Shown here one piece after another: positions 1 to 9,245 of a stretch of DNA of 64,000 nucleotides. Source of the DNA: an uncultured Gammaproteobacteria bacterium (GTDB lineage: Bacteria; Patescibacteriota; Microgenomatia; UBA8517); the NCBI GenBank assembly GCA_964489145.1, contig CAZAXL010000001.1, positions 52,910-116,909 on the forward strand, read 5' to 3'. The position numbers and the translations under genes were made by a program. How positions within the stretch are numbered: position 1 is the stretch's first letter; every line of letters begins with the position of its first letter. The notes below the pieces were generated by a model. The model was not told the DNA's origin. It saw nothing but the letters and a program-made list of their open reading frames with translations, and searched no databases.

Positions 1-1
1 A

Positions 2-220
2 AACTATTCCAAGCACATAGAGGGAATAGAAGGAATCGTTCCCTACAAAGGTGAGGTTACTAAAATTGTTGAAAAAATGGAAGCTAATATAAGATCCGGG
101 TTTTCCTATGCGGGAGTGGCGACCATAAAAGACCTCTGGAAAAAAGCCGAATTTATTCAAATCACGGAAATGGGACAAAGGGAAAGTAAGTCTCACGATA
201 TAATAACCGAATTTAAATAA
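2..220 (+). CDS. guaB: IMP dehydrogenase, C-terminal part (truncated by the window edge)
   Basis: Hand translation of frame +2 gives ...HIEGIEGIVPYKGEV...IRSGFSYAG...AEFIQITEMGQRESKSHD*, matching the IMPDH C-terminal motifs EGxEGxVPYKG and RSGxxYxG. Confidence 0.85.
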   Translation, partial: NYSKHIEGIEGIVPYKGEVTKIVEKMEANIRSGFSYAGVATIKDLWKKAEFIQITEMGQRESKSHDIITEFK

Positions 221-268
221 GGTTTATCTCCCCTTGAATCAGTCCCCCATACCTCTCTATAATGAATT

Positions 269-829
269 ATGATCAAGCGTTTAGGCGCCTTTTTTTGGGA
301 CGTCTTCGAAGTTATAGTTTTTGCCGTAGGCATTTTTTTCTTTATCTATCTTCTGGTTATGCGGCCGCACAAAATAGATGGTCTTTCAATGATGCCGAAT
401 TTTCCAAATAATGAATATCTTCTGACGGAAAGAGTTACATATTATCTAAGAAATCCAGAAAGGGGCGATGTTGTTATCTTTACCCCACCCGTTACGAATT
501 TGGACGAATATATCAAAAGGATAATTGCGGTACCGGGTGAAACCGTAATGGTCAAGGGTGGGCGTGTTTACATCGATGGCAAACTTTTAAATGAGCCCTA
601 TATTGACGACTCCGCTCCGACACAAGCCGGAACTTTCCTTGCGGAAGGTGAAGAATATAAGGTTCCCGAGGGAGAATATTTTGTAATGGGAGATAACCGG
701 CCAAATTCTTCGGATTCAAGATATTGGGGCCCGATCACTGAAAACACTATCAGCGGCCGTGCTTGGGTTATTTATTTACCTCTGAAACTCGCAGGAGTAG
801 TCCCCGCACCCGCTTATTCTTTCGAATAA
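269..829 (+). CDS. lepB: Signal peptidase I
   Basis: N-terminal TM helix followed by GLSMMP (catalytic Ser), YIKRIIA (catalytic Lys) and GDNRPNSSDSRYWG. Confidence 0.97.
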   Translation: MIKRLGAFFWDVFEVIVFAVGIFFFIYLLVMRPHKIDGLSMMPNFPNNEYLLTERVTYYLRNPERGDVVIFTPPVTNLDEYIKRIIAVPGETVMVKGGRVYIDGKLLNEPYIDDSAPTQAGTFLAEGEEYKVPEGEYFVMGDNRPNSSDSRYWGPITENTISGRAWVIYLPLKLAGVVPAPAYSFE

Positions 830-833
830 CTAA

Positions 834-1682
834 TTATTCTGAAGTTACTGACTTGTATATCCTCTGAAGTGTGTTCTCCGTCTCGTCTAGTCCCCCTTTG
901 AGAATAAAGACAACTCTTGTTTCGCGTCTGGACCTTATCAACTTTACTGAATTTTTACGTATATTTTCTACACCATCGTTGTTTCTGACAACCAATGCTT
1001 TTTCCATGTCGCTCTGCATTTTGTCAATCTCTTCAGACACTATTCTTACGTGTTCGTCCGTTCTTTTTACTTCCTGGTTCGACTTAACTTTCATTCGCCT
1101 TGCAAGCTCTTCTGCGCGCCTCACTGATCCGCTTTCCTTCAAAACGATCTTGTAGGCCTCAATCATTAGACCGCTGTCGTCAATCGCTGCAAGAGCCCTA
1201 GCATGCCCTTCACTGATAAGCCCCGAGAGAAGTCCGTCTTTAAGGGCATCGGGAAGGGACAAAAGCCTCAAGGAGTTACTGACATAGGCTACACTTTTCC
1301 CTATTCTGACTGCAATTTCACTGGTGGTAAGGCCAAACTCGTTCATCAATCTTTCAAATCCTTTTGCCCTATCAAGCGGGTTAAGGTCGACTCTCTGGAC
1401 ATTCTCCACAAGGGCCATCTCAAGCATTCCTTTGGGTGAAGTTTCCCTCACAATAACAGGAACATGGGTAAGTCCTGCAAGCTTAGATGCTCTCCAGCGC
1501 CTTTCACCTGCAATAATCTGAAAACCTGCCGGAGTCTTGGCAACAACAAGGGGTTCTAAAATTCCGTGTTCACGAATTGAATCTACAAGATCTACCAGGC
1601 TTTCCGGAGTAATGGCACCGCGGGGCTGAAGAGGGTTTGGCTGAAGTTGGTTTATATCGAGCTGTATTATTTCTTCCGCCAT
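834..1682 (-). CDS. parB: ParB/Spo0J chromosome partitioning protein
   Basis: PNPLQPR, IIAGERRWRAS arginine patch, ENVQRVDLNP, HTH region and GHARAL. Confidence 0.95.
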   Translation of the reverse strand: MAEEIIQLDINQLQPNPLQPRGAITPESLVDLVDSIREHGILEPLVVAKTPAGFQIIAGERRWRASKLAGLTHVPVIVRETSPKGMLEMALVENVQRVDLNPLDRAKGFERLMNEFGLTTSEIAVRIGKSVAYVSNSLRLLSLPDALKDGLLSGLISEGHARALAAIDDSGLMIEAYKIVLKESGSVRRAEELARRMKVKSNQEVKRTDEHVRIVSEEIDKMQSDMEKALVVRNNDGVENIRKNSVKLIRSRRETRVVFILKGGLDETENTLQRIYKSVTSE

Positions 1683-1683
1683 A

Positions 1684-1935
1684 TTATTTAGAAATAACAG
1701 ACATTACCTGTTTACCTATTTTTCTGCTTACTTTTACGTTCCCGTCTAAAATTGAATAAAGGGTGTGGTCGCGGCCTTCCTTTACACCGGCTCCCTTTGA
1801 AAATTTTGTTCCTCTTTGCCTAATCAGAATCTGCCCTTTTACAACCTTTTCACCATCAGAAACTTTAGCACCTAATCGTTTTCCTGCCGGACTTACATGT
1901 TGTGAAGCTTTTCCTCCTGCTTTATGTGTTGACAT
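1684..1935 (-). CDS. rpmA: 50S ribosomal protein L27
   Basis: KRLGAK, GQILIRQRGTKF and GRDHTLYS; lies next to rplU. Confidence 0.97.
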   Translation of the reverse strand: MSTHKAGGKASQHVSPAGKRLGAKVSDGEKVVKGQILIRQRGTKFSKGAGVKEGRDHTLYSILDGNVKVSRKIGKQVMSVISK

Positions 1936-1956
1936 ATTATTTTGAACTTAAGCAAC

Positions 1957-1985
1957 AATATAATCGATGTTTTCACAGTTGTCAA
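1957..1985 (-). promoter_or_regulatory. Sigma70-type promoter upstream of rpmA
   Basis: Minus strand reads TTGACA (1985-1980), a 17-nt spacer, then TATATT (1962-1957). Confidence 0.7.
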
Positions 1986-2012
1986 GAGGACAGAAAGTTA
2001 TAGTTTGATATA

Positions 2013-2318
2013 TTAACTGATCTTTTCAACCAGAAGTCTTGTATATTGTGCTCTAAACCCGGTATGTCTTTTATATCTGCTTTTAGCTTTAAATTTATAG
2101 ATTTCTAGCTTCTCTCCTTTTTCCAGGTCCGTTACGACTTTAAGTTTAACTTCGTTTTTAAGAACAGGTTTCCCTACGCTTACTTTTTCTCCGTCGGCAA
2201 CAAGTAAAACCTCGGTCGAAATTTTCTTGGGGTCAATAAGTTTGTCTACAAGGATCTCCTGCCCCTCTTCTACTTTGTATTGTTTTCCGGTAATTCTCAC
2301 AACCGCGTACTTTGACAT
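2013..2318 (-). CDS. rplU: 50S ribosomal protein L21
   Basis: YAVVRITGKQYKVEEG, KGEK, FKAKSRY and GFRAQYT. Confidence 0.97.
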   Translation of the reverse strand: MSKYAVVRITGKQYKVEEGQEILVDKLIDPKKISTEVLLVADGEKVSVGKPVLKNEVKLKVVTDLEKGEKLEIYKFKAKSRYKRHTGFRAQYTRLLVEKIS

Positions 2319-2388
2319 ATCGTGTATTTTATAACAGATTCAGTGACTCTACAAGCCTATACTTACTAAACAGACTGAACCTATCTGT

Positions 2389-3441
2389 TTATTTATGATA
2401 GGCTCCCAGCGCAATTCCCAACCCCATTGTTGTGGCAAGGAGGGAGGATCCTCCCGCCGAAAGAAGTGGAAAGGGTAGCCCCGTTACCGGGAGCATACCC
2501 ATATTCATGCCAACATGCACAAAAAGTTGTATCAGATAGGTCAGGAAAAACCCGGAAAGGTACGCCCGTGCCTGAGGAGAAACAGCGTGTTCCATAAAAA
2601 AGGTAAGTCTTATAAGTATTAAAAAACTAGTAAGAAGAACAAATCCAGCCCCGACTAAGCCAAGCTCTTCCGCGGTTGCTGCAAAGACAAAGTCTGTTTG
2701 TTTTTCGGGTAAAAATGCCAACTGTGTCTGAACTCCTTTTCCGAGCCCCGTTCCGAAAATTTTTCCCGATCCCGCCGCAATTGTTGCCTGGATACTATTG
2801 TAACCTGCCCCTCTCGGATCCTTAGCCGGTTCCAAAAAAGAGGTAATTCTTTGTCTTTGATAAGGAGCCATTGCACGCCAGGCAATCGGTAAAATCGCTA
2901 CACCAATTAAGAGCCCGACAATTAGGTATTTTTTATTAAATTTAGAGGCCATTAATATACCGACAAATCCGACAATGGTTAGAATAGAAACTCCCAAAGA
3001 AGGCTGCGCCAGGATAAGCACCACCGGAAGAAGGAGAAGAAGAAGTGCTTTGCTAATCTTTTTTAAGGTTACTTCTCCCCTACCCAGGTAATTTGCAAAA
3101 AATACCAAAAGAAACGGTCTGATAATTTCCGCCGGTTGAAGACTTGTTGGCCCCAGCTGAATCCACCTGACGGTATTTCTGGTAACGCTTCCTATGACAA
3201 AAGTTAAAAGAAGAAGCGCAATGCTTATAATGTACAAATACTTGGAAAATAAAGAAATAATTTCGAAATCAATCATGGAAAAAATCCAAAAAACCAGAAG
3301 CGCTGTAAAAATATAAACAAAATAAAGAGGAAAAAGATTTTTTTCCAAAGAATTTAAGATCACAACACTAAAAGCCAGTAAGAATAGTATCGACAGGCTT
3401 AGGGTAATATCTTTAAACAAAAAATTAGTAACGGAACGCAT
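2389..3441 (-). CDS. rodA: SEDS family peptidoglycan polymerase (RodA-like)
   Basis: RWIQLG, QPAE, FLPEKQTDFVF, EELG and GLPFPLLSAGGSS. A second SEDS gene in the dcw cluster is the better FtsW candidate. Confidence 0.85.
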   Translation of the reverse strand: MRSVTNFLFKDITLSLSILFLLAFSVVILNSLEKNLFPLYFVYIFTALLVFWIFSMIDFEIISLFSKYLYIISIALLLLTFVIGSVTRNTVRWIQLGPTSLQPAEIIRPFLLVFFANYLGRGEVTLKKISKALLLLLLPVVLILAQPSLGVSILTIVGFVGILMASKFNKKYLIVGLLIGVAILPIAWRAMAPYQRQRITSFLEPAKDPRGAGYNSIQATIAAGSGKIFGTGLGKGVQTQLAFLPEKQTDFVFAATAEELGLVGAGFVLLTSFLILIRLTFFMEHAVSPQARAYLSGFFLTYLIQLFVHVGMNMGMLPVTGLPFPLLSAGGSSLLATTMGLGIALGAYHK

Positions 3442-3442
3442 A

Positions 3443-6400
3443 TTAGGAGGATCTTTTTACTTCAAATTTTCCTTCCTCAAGATGAGAAATTTGCGCTTTC
3501 TTCAACATCCACTGAATAAGTTTTTTACTCACGGGTAACTTTTCAATCTTAACATCAATTTTTTGAGTAAGATTTAATCCCAATTTCTTTCTTTCTTCCT
3601 GAATTTTCCTAACAATATCCCTAATGCCGGCTTCCTCCTTCAACTCAGGTGTAATCACTGTATCAAGCTCAATCTTATCCGTTCCACCGAGAAGGTCAAC
3701 CGTCTTGATATTCAGCTCGCTCTCTGCAATCTTTAAAACCTCGGAGCTGATGCTTTTTTTCTCCTGACCATATACTTTAACTTTTGAAAGTGGTTGTCTC
3801 ACCGGAATTGCCAACTCTTTTCTCTTTGCATGTACCTTTTCAACGATCTCGCGCATAGCCTGCATCTCTTTTATAAGTTCATATTCGTCGGCATTTGGCT
3901 CGGAAGGCGCCTCCGGCCAGTCGGAAAGGTGCACCGAAATCTCTTTTGTAAGATTTGTGTAAATAAAATCCGAAAGGAACGGTGTAAAAGGGGCCATCAG
4001 TTTACTTAAAATATAAAGGACATAATAAGTTGTTGAATAAAATGCGTTTGCGTCCTTTTCGGACTCTTTGACAGGGCCCACCCTATCGCGGGAACGCCTG
4101 ATATACCAAAGAGACAGGTCATCAACAAATTTTTCAATTTCGGAAGCCCCGCTTGCCGCGTCAAATTTTTCCAGGGCACTCCCCACGAGTTCTGTCGTCT
4201 GACCCAGCCTGACAAGTATCCACTTATCTAAAATGTTCGAATTTCTGCCGGGTTTTTTGTGAACTCCCGGGCGCCAATCATCGAGATTGGCATATGTCAC
4301 AAAAAAATTATAGACATTCCAGAGCTTGAGATGGAATCTTCGCCTGACCTCGTCGGCAACCTTATATCCAAAAAGTGCATTTTCAGCCGGATTTGCCTTA
4401 GCAAACATCCACCTCATAACATCGGCTCCGATTTTGTCCGCTCCTTCGTTAAACTCAATTGAATTACCCCAGCTTTTGTGCATGGCCCGTCCATCCTCGG
4501 CCAGGAGAGTTCCATATCCCAAAACGGTTTTATATGGATTTACGTCCGTAAGAACCGTACTCATGGCAATCATTGCATAAAACCAGTTCTTGAATTGTCC
4601 AGGAAAACTTTCCGTAATAAAGTCTACCGGAAACCATTTTTGCCATTCGTCCCTATCTTCGGCATACATAGGTTTGGTTTTAGTCACATCAAAACCGCAG
4701 GCTTCATTTTTCGCACTAATTGTGGAGAAAGGTACAATTCCGGCATCAAGCCAGGGATTACCCACGGGTTCAATTCTGTCCATTACCGCACCGCAGTTGG
4801 CGCACCTAACCTTAATTAAATCTATTTGGGGCTTATGGGGACTCTTGCCTTCAAAATCTTTCCAACCCGAAACTGCACGCTGCTTTAATTCCTCTTTTGA
4901 TCCGATTATCTCGAAATTGTGGCATTTAGAGCATTCCCAGATGGGAAGGGCCAGACCCCAATATCTGTTTTTCTTACTGATTAACCAATCATGCATGTTG
5001 GTCAGCCAATCCATTTCGCGGTCAAGGCCGAAACCCGGAATCCAGCTAATTTTTGCCGCTACTGTTTTCATTCTTTCCCTAAGGGTTCTTATATCAGGAG
5101 GGGTCTTAATTTCATCCTCATCGTCTTTCCACTTCTCCAATGTTGAGGTTTGGGATTTGCGGTTTGGGATTTGTGATGGCTTATCCATTGCTATATACCA
5201 TTCATCTGCCACTTTCCAAACAAGCTCGGTTTTACATCTCCAGCAAGCCGGATACCTATGGGTATATTTTTCGGTTTTATAGAAAAAGTGTTTTCCTGTT
5301 TCATCAAGCTTTCTCAGAAAGTCCAAAATCAGCTCCGGATGTTTTTTGGCATTTTCTCCGGATAAAAATCCTAAGTTCTCCATGTACGAAGCATCGTCCT
5401 TGATAATCTCAATTACAGGCAAATTCAGTTTCTTTCCAAGCCTGAAATCTTCCGATCCTGATGATGTTGCAATATGCACCATTCCCGTTCCTTCTTCCGT
5501 ATTTATGGGAAGAATCAAATCGTCGGTTGCCACAACCGTGTGAAATTTGTCATTTCTGGAAGCCTCAATTACTTTTGGTAAGTGGTCAAAAGCACCTTTA
5601 TATCTAAGGCCCATAAGCTTCGACCCTTTAGCAGTTTTAATTTCTTTTGCCTTAACTCCCGTAAAAATTCTATCTTTAGCTCCTTTGGCAACCCAGTACT
5701 TTTTGCCGTTAATCTCGACCAGCGAATAATCCAAATCAGGATCAAGTGCCACGGCAACATTGGCCGGCACTGTCCATGGGGTTGTTGTCCAGACAAGGAG
5801 ATATTCTTCTGCCTGTCCCGTGACGGGAAACGCCAAAAACACGGATTCATGAGTAAGTTCTTTATAATCCTCCGTCAGCATTTCGTGCTGGGAAATGGCG
5901 GTCTCACATCTCGGACACCAGGCTACAGCGTCCTGTCCTTTGTAAATCCATCCGGCTTCATGGCAAACCTTCAAAAAATGCCAAATCATATAGTTATTGT
6001 CATCACTCAGGGTGTAGTACGAATGATCCCAATCCATGAAGTACCCAAGGCGTTTGCTTTGTTCGGTTTGGATTCCGGAGTATTTTTTGACCCGGTCTTT
6101 ACAAAGCTGAACGAATTTATCTATGCCAAAAACTTCAATATCTTTTTTAGTCTTAAAACCAAGTTCTTTTTCAACTTCAACCTCCACCCACAGCCCCTGA
6201 CAATCAAAGCCGTTCTGGAAGCGCTCTCTATAGCCCTGCATATTCTTAAATCTCTGCCAAAGATCTTTATAGGTTCTTCCCCAGGCATGGTGTATTCCCA
6301 TGGGGTTATTGGCCGTAATTGGGCCGTCCATGAAGCTAAAATATTTCTTGGAGTTTTTATTGCGCGCCAGGTATTTTTTGACAATCCCACTCTTATACCA

Positions 6401-6478
6401 CTTCTCCAAAAGCACTTTTTCAAGCTCAGGAAAGTTTACCTGCTGGTCCACCGGATCAAAAAAAGGCTTTTTTGCCAT
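3443..6478 (-). CDS. ileS: Isoleucyl-tRNA synthetase, type 2
   Basis: DGPITAN-GIHH, GFDCQGL, WTTTPWT, GTGMVH, HRYPACWRC and the KMSKS-like AMHKS; no C-terminal Zn finger of the IleRS1 type. Confidence 0.95.
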   Translation of the reverse strand: MAKKPFFDPVDQQVNFPELEKVLLEKWYKSGIVKKYLARNKNSKKYFSFMDGPITANNPMGIHHAWGRTYKDLWQRFKNMQGYRERFQNGFDCQGLWVEVEVEKELGFKTKKDIEVFGIDKFVQLCKDRVKKYSGIQTEQSKRLGYFMDWDHSYYTLSDDNNYMIWHFLKVCHEAGWIYKGQDAVAWCPRCETAISQHEMLTEDYKELTHESVFLAFPVTGQAEEYLLVWTTTPWTVPANVAVALDPDLDYSLVEINGKKYWVAKGAKDRIFTGVKAKEIKTAKGSKLMGLRYKGAFDHLPKVIEASRNDKFHTVVATDDLILPINTEEGTGMVHIATSSGSEDFRLGKKLNLPVIEIIKDDASYMENLGFLSGENAKKHPELILDFLRKLDETGKHFFYKTEKYTHRYPACWRCKTELVWKVADEWYIAMDKPSQIPNRKSQTSTLEKWKDDEDEIKTPPDIRTLRERMKTVAAKISWIPGFGLDREMDWLTNMHDWLISKKNRYWGLALPIWECSKCHNFEIIGSKEELKQRAVSGWKDFEGKSPHKPQIDLIKVRCANCGAVMDRIEPVGNPWLDAGIVPFSTISAKNEACGFDVTKTKPMYAEDRDEWQKWFPVDFITESFPGQFKNWFYAMIAMSTVLTDVNPYKTVLGYGTLLAEDGRAMHKSWGNSIEFNEGADKIGADVMRWMFAKANPAENALFGYKVADEVRRRFHLKLWNVYNFFVTYANLDDWRPGVHKKPGRNSNILDKWILVRLGQTTELVGSALEKFDAASGASEIEKFVDDLSLWYIRRSRDRVGPVKESEKDANAFYSTTYYVLYILSKLMAPFTPFLSDFIYTNLTKEISVHLSDWPEAPSEPNADEYELIKEMQAMREIVEKVHAKRKELAIPVRQPLSKVKVYGQEKKSISSEVLKIAESELNIKTVDLLGGTDKIELDTVITPELKEEAGIRDIVRKIQEERKKLGLNLTQKIDVKIEKLPVSKKLIQWMLKKAQISHLEEGKFEVKRSS

Positions 6479-6506
6479 ATGAAGCTATTCTAACATCTTT
6501 GCGAAA

Positions 6507-7460
6507 TCAGTCCAAGCTCCATAAAATTCCCCTTACTTCCTCAAAATTTTCTGCTTCCATCAGTTTTATCCGCAGGCTATTTGCTCCCTTAAAATCCTTA
6601 ACGTACATTTTGAAAAACTTTTTGAGTATGGCAAAATTTTTACTTTCTCCCCAGGTATTCTCGAAAAGATCAATATGCCTGAGAAGTAAGTTAATATAAT
6701 CTTTTTTGGGGTGTTCCACCGGCTTCAAATCTTTAACAAATACCCATGGGTTGCCGAAAATTCCGCGTCCTATCATCACCCCGTCGACTCCGTGTTTTTT
6801 CTGCATTTTTAAAACTTCCGCATAGCTTTTAATATCGCCATTCCCGATAATCAGGGTTTCCGGAGCGATTCTATCCCTGATTTTTACAATTTTTCCGATT
6901 TCCTCCCAGTTGGCTTCACCTTTTGACATTTGTTTGGCAGTCCGGCCGTGAACAGTCAATGCTGCGATATTCTTTTTAAGTAAAAACGTGACCCATTCCT
7001 GCGCTATATTCTCATTCCTGCCAAGCCTTGTTTTGATGCTGACAGGAACCCCCCCGGCACCTTTTTTGACAGCATCTATCAGCTTTTCTGAAAGGCTATA
7101 ACTCCCAATAAGTCCCGCCCCGGCGCCTTTTTTAACAACCTCCTTTACGGGGCAGCCCATATTGATGTCTATTCCGTCAAATCCGAGCCCCGCCGCCATT
7201 TTTGCCGCCTTTTCCATATTCACAGGGTCGGTTCCCCAAATTTGGGCAACAATGGGGTGCTGGTCAGGTGTGAAATTTAGTTTCCGCAATGGAATTCCGT
7301 TGGCGCCATGTACGAGGCCGTCGGCATTGGAAAATTCCGTAAAAAATACATCGGGACGCCCTGCCGAGAGCACTACTTGCCTGAATACATTGTCCGTAAC
7401 ATCGTCCATCGGAGCCAGAACCGTAAGAGGCTTCGGCAATTTCGTCCAAAAATTCTCCAT
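6507..7460 (-). CDS. dus: tRNA-dihydrouridine synthase (Dus family)
   Basis: LAPMDDVTD, GIDINMGCP, VHGRT, GNGDI and VMIGRG. Start moved to MENFW (7460) because the longer ORF overlaps a divergent gene. Confidence 0.93.
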   Translation of the reverse strand: MENFWTKLPKPLTVLAPMDDVTDNVFRQVVLSAGRPDVFFTEFSNADGLVHGANGIPLRKLNFTPDQHPIVAQIWGTDPVNMEKAAKMAAGLGFDGIDINMGCPVKEVVKKGAGAGLIGSYSLSEKLIDAVKKGAGGVPVSIKTRLGRNENIAQEWVTFLLKKNIAALTVHGRTAKQMSKGEANWEEIGKIVKIRDRIAPETLIIGNGDIKSYAEVLKMQKKHGVDGVMIGRGIFGNPWVFVKDLKPVEHPKKDYINLLLRHIDLFENTWGESKNFAILKKFFKMYVKDFKGANSLRIKLMEAENFEEVRGILWSLD

Positions 7461-7518
7461 GAAGTATATTATACCTATTTTGACTTTAGATATCCCTAGG
7501 CTTAAAATACCGTTGATA

Positions 7519-7833
7519 ATGAAAAAGGAGCTGGAAAACGAGCTTGAACCGCTGGATATGGCCAGACCTGATTTTTGGGGTGACGTCACCGTGATATTGG
7601 CCAACAACCCCGGAAAAGTACTTCCTGTCTATCTGAAAGATGACAAATCCGAACAACCAATCGGGAGCTATTTTATCCGTTTGGTCAGAGAAAAGAAAAG
7701 ATTATTTATGCAGGTGGAGGGCTTTAATTCAACAGCACTTGAAATGGGGTTTGTGGTGGGTTCTTCCAACGAATGGAAAAGGCTACAACCCGGCATTTAT
7801 AGGCTGGATGTTACCAAAAAAACCCTAGAGTAA
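7519..7833 (+). CDS. Hypothetical protein (104 aa)
   Basis: The 3' part of ORF 7162..7833 from MKKELENE fills the gap between dus and the next gene; no recognisable motif. Confidence 0.6.
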   Translation: MKKELENELEPLDMARPDFWGDVTVILANNPGKVLPVYLKDDKSEQPIGSYFIRLVREKKRLFMQVEGFNSTALEMGFVVGSSNEWKRLQPGIYRLDVTKKTLE

Positions 7834-8268
7834 TCATTCCCAAGTGGCCTCTGCAACTATCTTTCCGTCACGGATGTAATAATTGAGATTTCCACCAAAT
7901 CGATTGAGGTAGCCCATGACTATTTTGGCTATACCCATTCCCCCGCCGGAGTTTTTGGTGGTCATTATTTTGCCGGACTCTTTAATTTTATTGATAAGCT
8001 TAAGGGTTCTTTCCGGATTGGGTTCAATAAAGTCGTCCTCAACCCGGAGAAAGTTGTCTGACAGGGTAATGTGAATGCTCTTGGCTCCCTTGTCCATGCA
8101 ATTGTCGGTTAATTCGCTGACTATCGCCGGAAGAAACTCGCTAATTGGTTTTTCGAGGAGTTTATCGGAAAAACCAGCTCTAAACTCAACGTTTTCCACA
8201 TTGCAGTCCAAAAGGCATTTTTTAATTTCTTCGGGGAAAGCTATAAACCTTTCTCTATCTACTGTCAT
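7834..8268 (-). CDS. Stand-alone GHKL/HATPase_c-like ATP-binding domain protein
   Basis: N-box-like SELTDNC, degenerate G1 (RVEDDF) and TTK...GGGMGIA G2 box. Confidence 0.7.
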   Translation of the reverse strand: MTVDRERFIAFPEEIKKCLLDCNVENVEFRAGFSDKLLEKPISEFLPAIVSELTDNCMDKGAKSIHITLSDNFLRVEDDFIEPNPERTLKLINKIKESGKIMTTKNSGGGMGIAKIVMGYLNRFGGNLNYYIRDGKIVAEATWE

Positions 8269-8433
8269 AGCGGCATTTTACCACTTTCCACGCTGTGTGT
8301 TTATACTCTTCAAGATTTAGACACACATCAAGGCTATTCTATTTCCAAAATTTCTCCTTCAAAAATTTGGTCGCCTGAGGCATAGGAAAAAGATTCACCT
8401 CCAGATTCTACACCAATCATATATAATTTGCGT

Positions 8434-8925
8434 ATGCTTAAAACTATAAACTCTTCAATGACAGTTGCGGGGAGGACCTCAAAAATAATTTACCATGACG
8501 CGGATAGTTTTGACGAAGTTGATCCTGCAAAAACCACTCAGGCCTACGGAGTTTGTTTTTATGGGGACAAAATGGTAATCGCCCACGGAGGAAAAAAGAA
8601 AAATTGGGGACTTGTCGGCGGAACAATTGAGGACGGGGAAACTTTTGAAGATACATTGAAGAGGGAAATTGTCGAAGAATCCAATATGGAAGTTCTGGAA
8701 TTTCTACCAATAGGCTATCAGGAGGTATCTCACGGAAAAGATTACAAAATCCAGCTCAGATATGCCTGTAAAGTTAATCCTCTGGGACCTTTTGTAAAAG
8801 ACCCCGCGGGAAGCGTTACCGAAATAAAACTTATCGATCCCGAAGATTACAAAAGATATTTTAACTGGGGAGTTGTCGGGGAGCGGATAATGGAGAGGGC
8901 TTTGGAATTGAAATCCAAATTCTGA
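8434..8925 (+). CDS. NUDIX hydrolase
   Basis: Nudix box GGTIEDGETFEDTLKREIVEESNM. The ATG at 8434 follows a TATAAT box. Confidence 0.9.
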   Translation: MLKTINSSMTVAGRTSKIIYHDADSFDEVDPAKTTQAYGVCFYGDKMVIAHGGKKKNWGLVGGTIEDGETFEDTLKREIVEESNMEVLEFLPIGYQEVSHGKDYKIQLRYACKVNPLGPFVKDPAGSVTEIKLIDPEDYKRYFNWGVVGERIMERALELKSKF

Positions 8926-8928
8926 CCC

Positions 8929-9231
8929 TTAAAAAATAAGCATTGCTCCAAAAAATACCAGGAGGAATCCAAAGAGCCAAATGGTGGTTGAAATTACTGT
9001 ATCCAATGCTTCCTTTTTCTTGTCAGCTATAAAAAGCTTGTAGGGTTTGTATAAAACTATTGCCGCGCAGATGAGTGCCGACGTGGAAAAAAGAAGAAGG
9101 ACAAGAACCGGAGCGAAATACGAGTTTACTTTACCGAAAATCTCGTTCCCTTTCCAAAATATAAGTCCGACAAGGGCGCAGTAAAGGAAAACTTCCAGAG
9201 CTTGCAAAAAACCTCGCCTATTAAATAGCAT
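8929..9231 (-). CDS. Small membrane protein (3 TM helices)
   Basis: Three hydrophobic segments; fills the intergenic space cleanly. Confidence 0.75.
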   Translation of the reverse strand: MLFNRRGFLQALEVFLYCALVGLIFWKGNEIFGKVNSYFAPVLVLLLFSTSALICAAIVLYKPYKLFIADKKKEALDTVISTTIWLFGFLLVFFGAMLIF

Positions 9232-9245
9232 TAATACATTATACC

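Noticed and set aside
2369-2391. AAACAGA-9 nt-TCTGTTT hairpin after rodA as a terminator
   Set aside because: Weak AT-rich stem and only a short U run; not enough support to call it.
4590-6493. Long plus-strand ORFs 4590..5282 and 5582..6493
   Set aside because: Both are antisense to ileS and carry no motifs; they are shadow frames.
6479-6506. T-box leader for ileS (and likewise for glyQS)
   Set aside because: Upstream gaps are under 30 nt, with a -10 box close to the ATG.
7162-7607. Long N-terminal extensions of dus and of the divergent ORF
   Set aside because: The two extensions overlap each other; the starts at 7460 and 7519 have their own -10 boxes and remove the overlap.
8269-8433. 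tRNA or other structured RNA in this intergenic gap
   Set aside because: No cloverleaf, T-loop (GTTC) or CCA end could be recognised.
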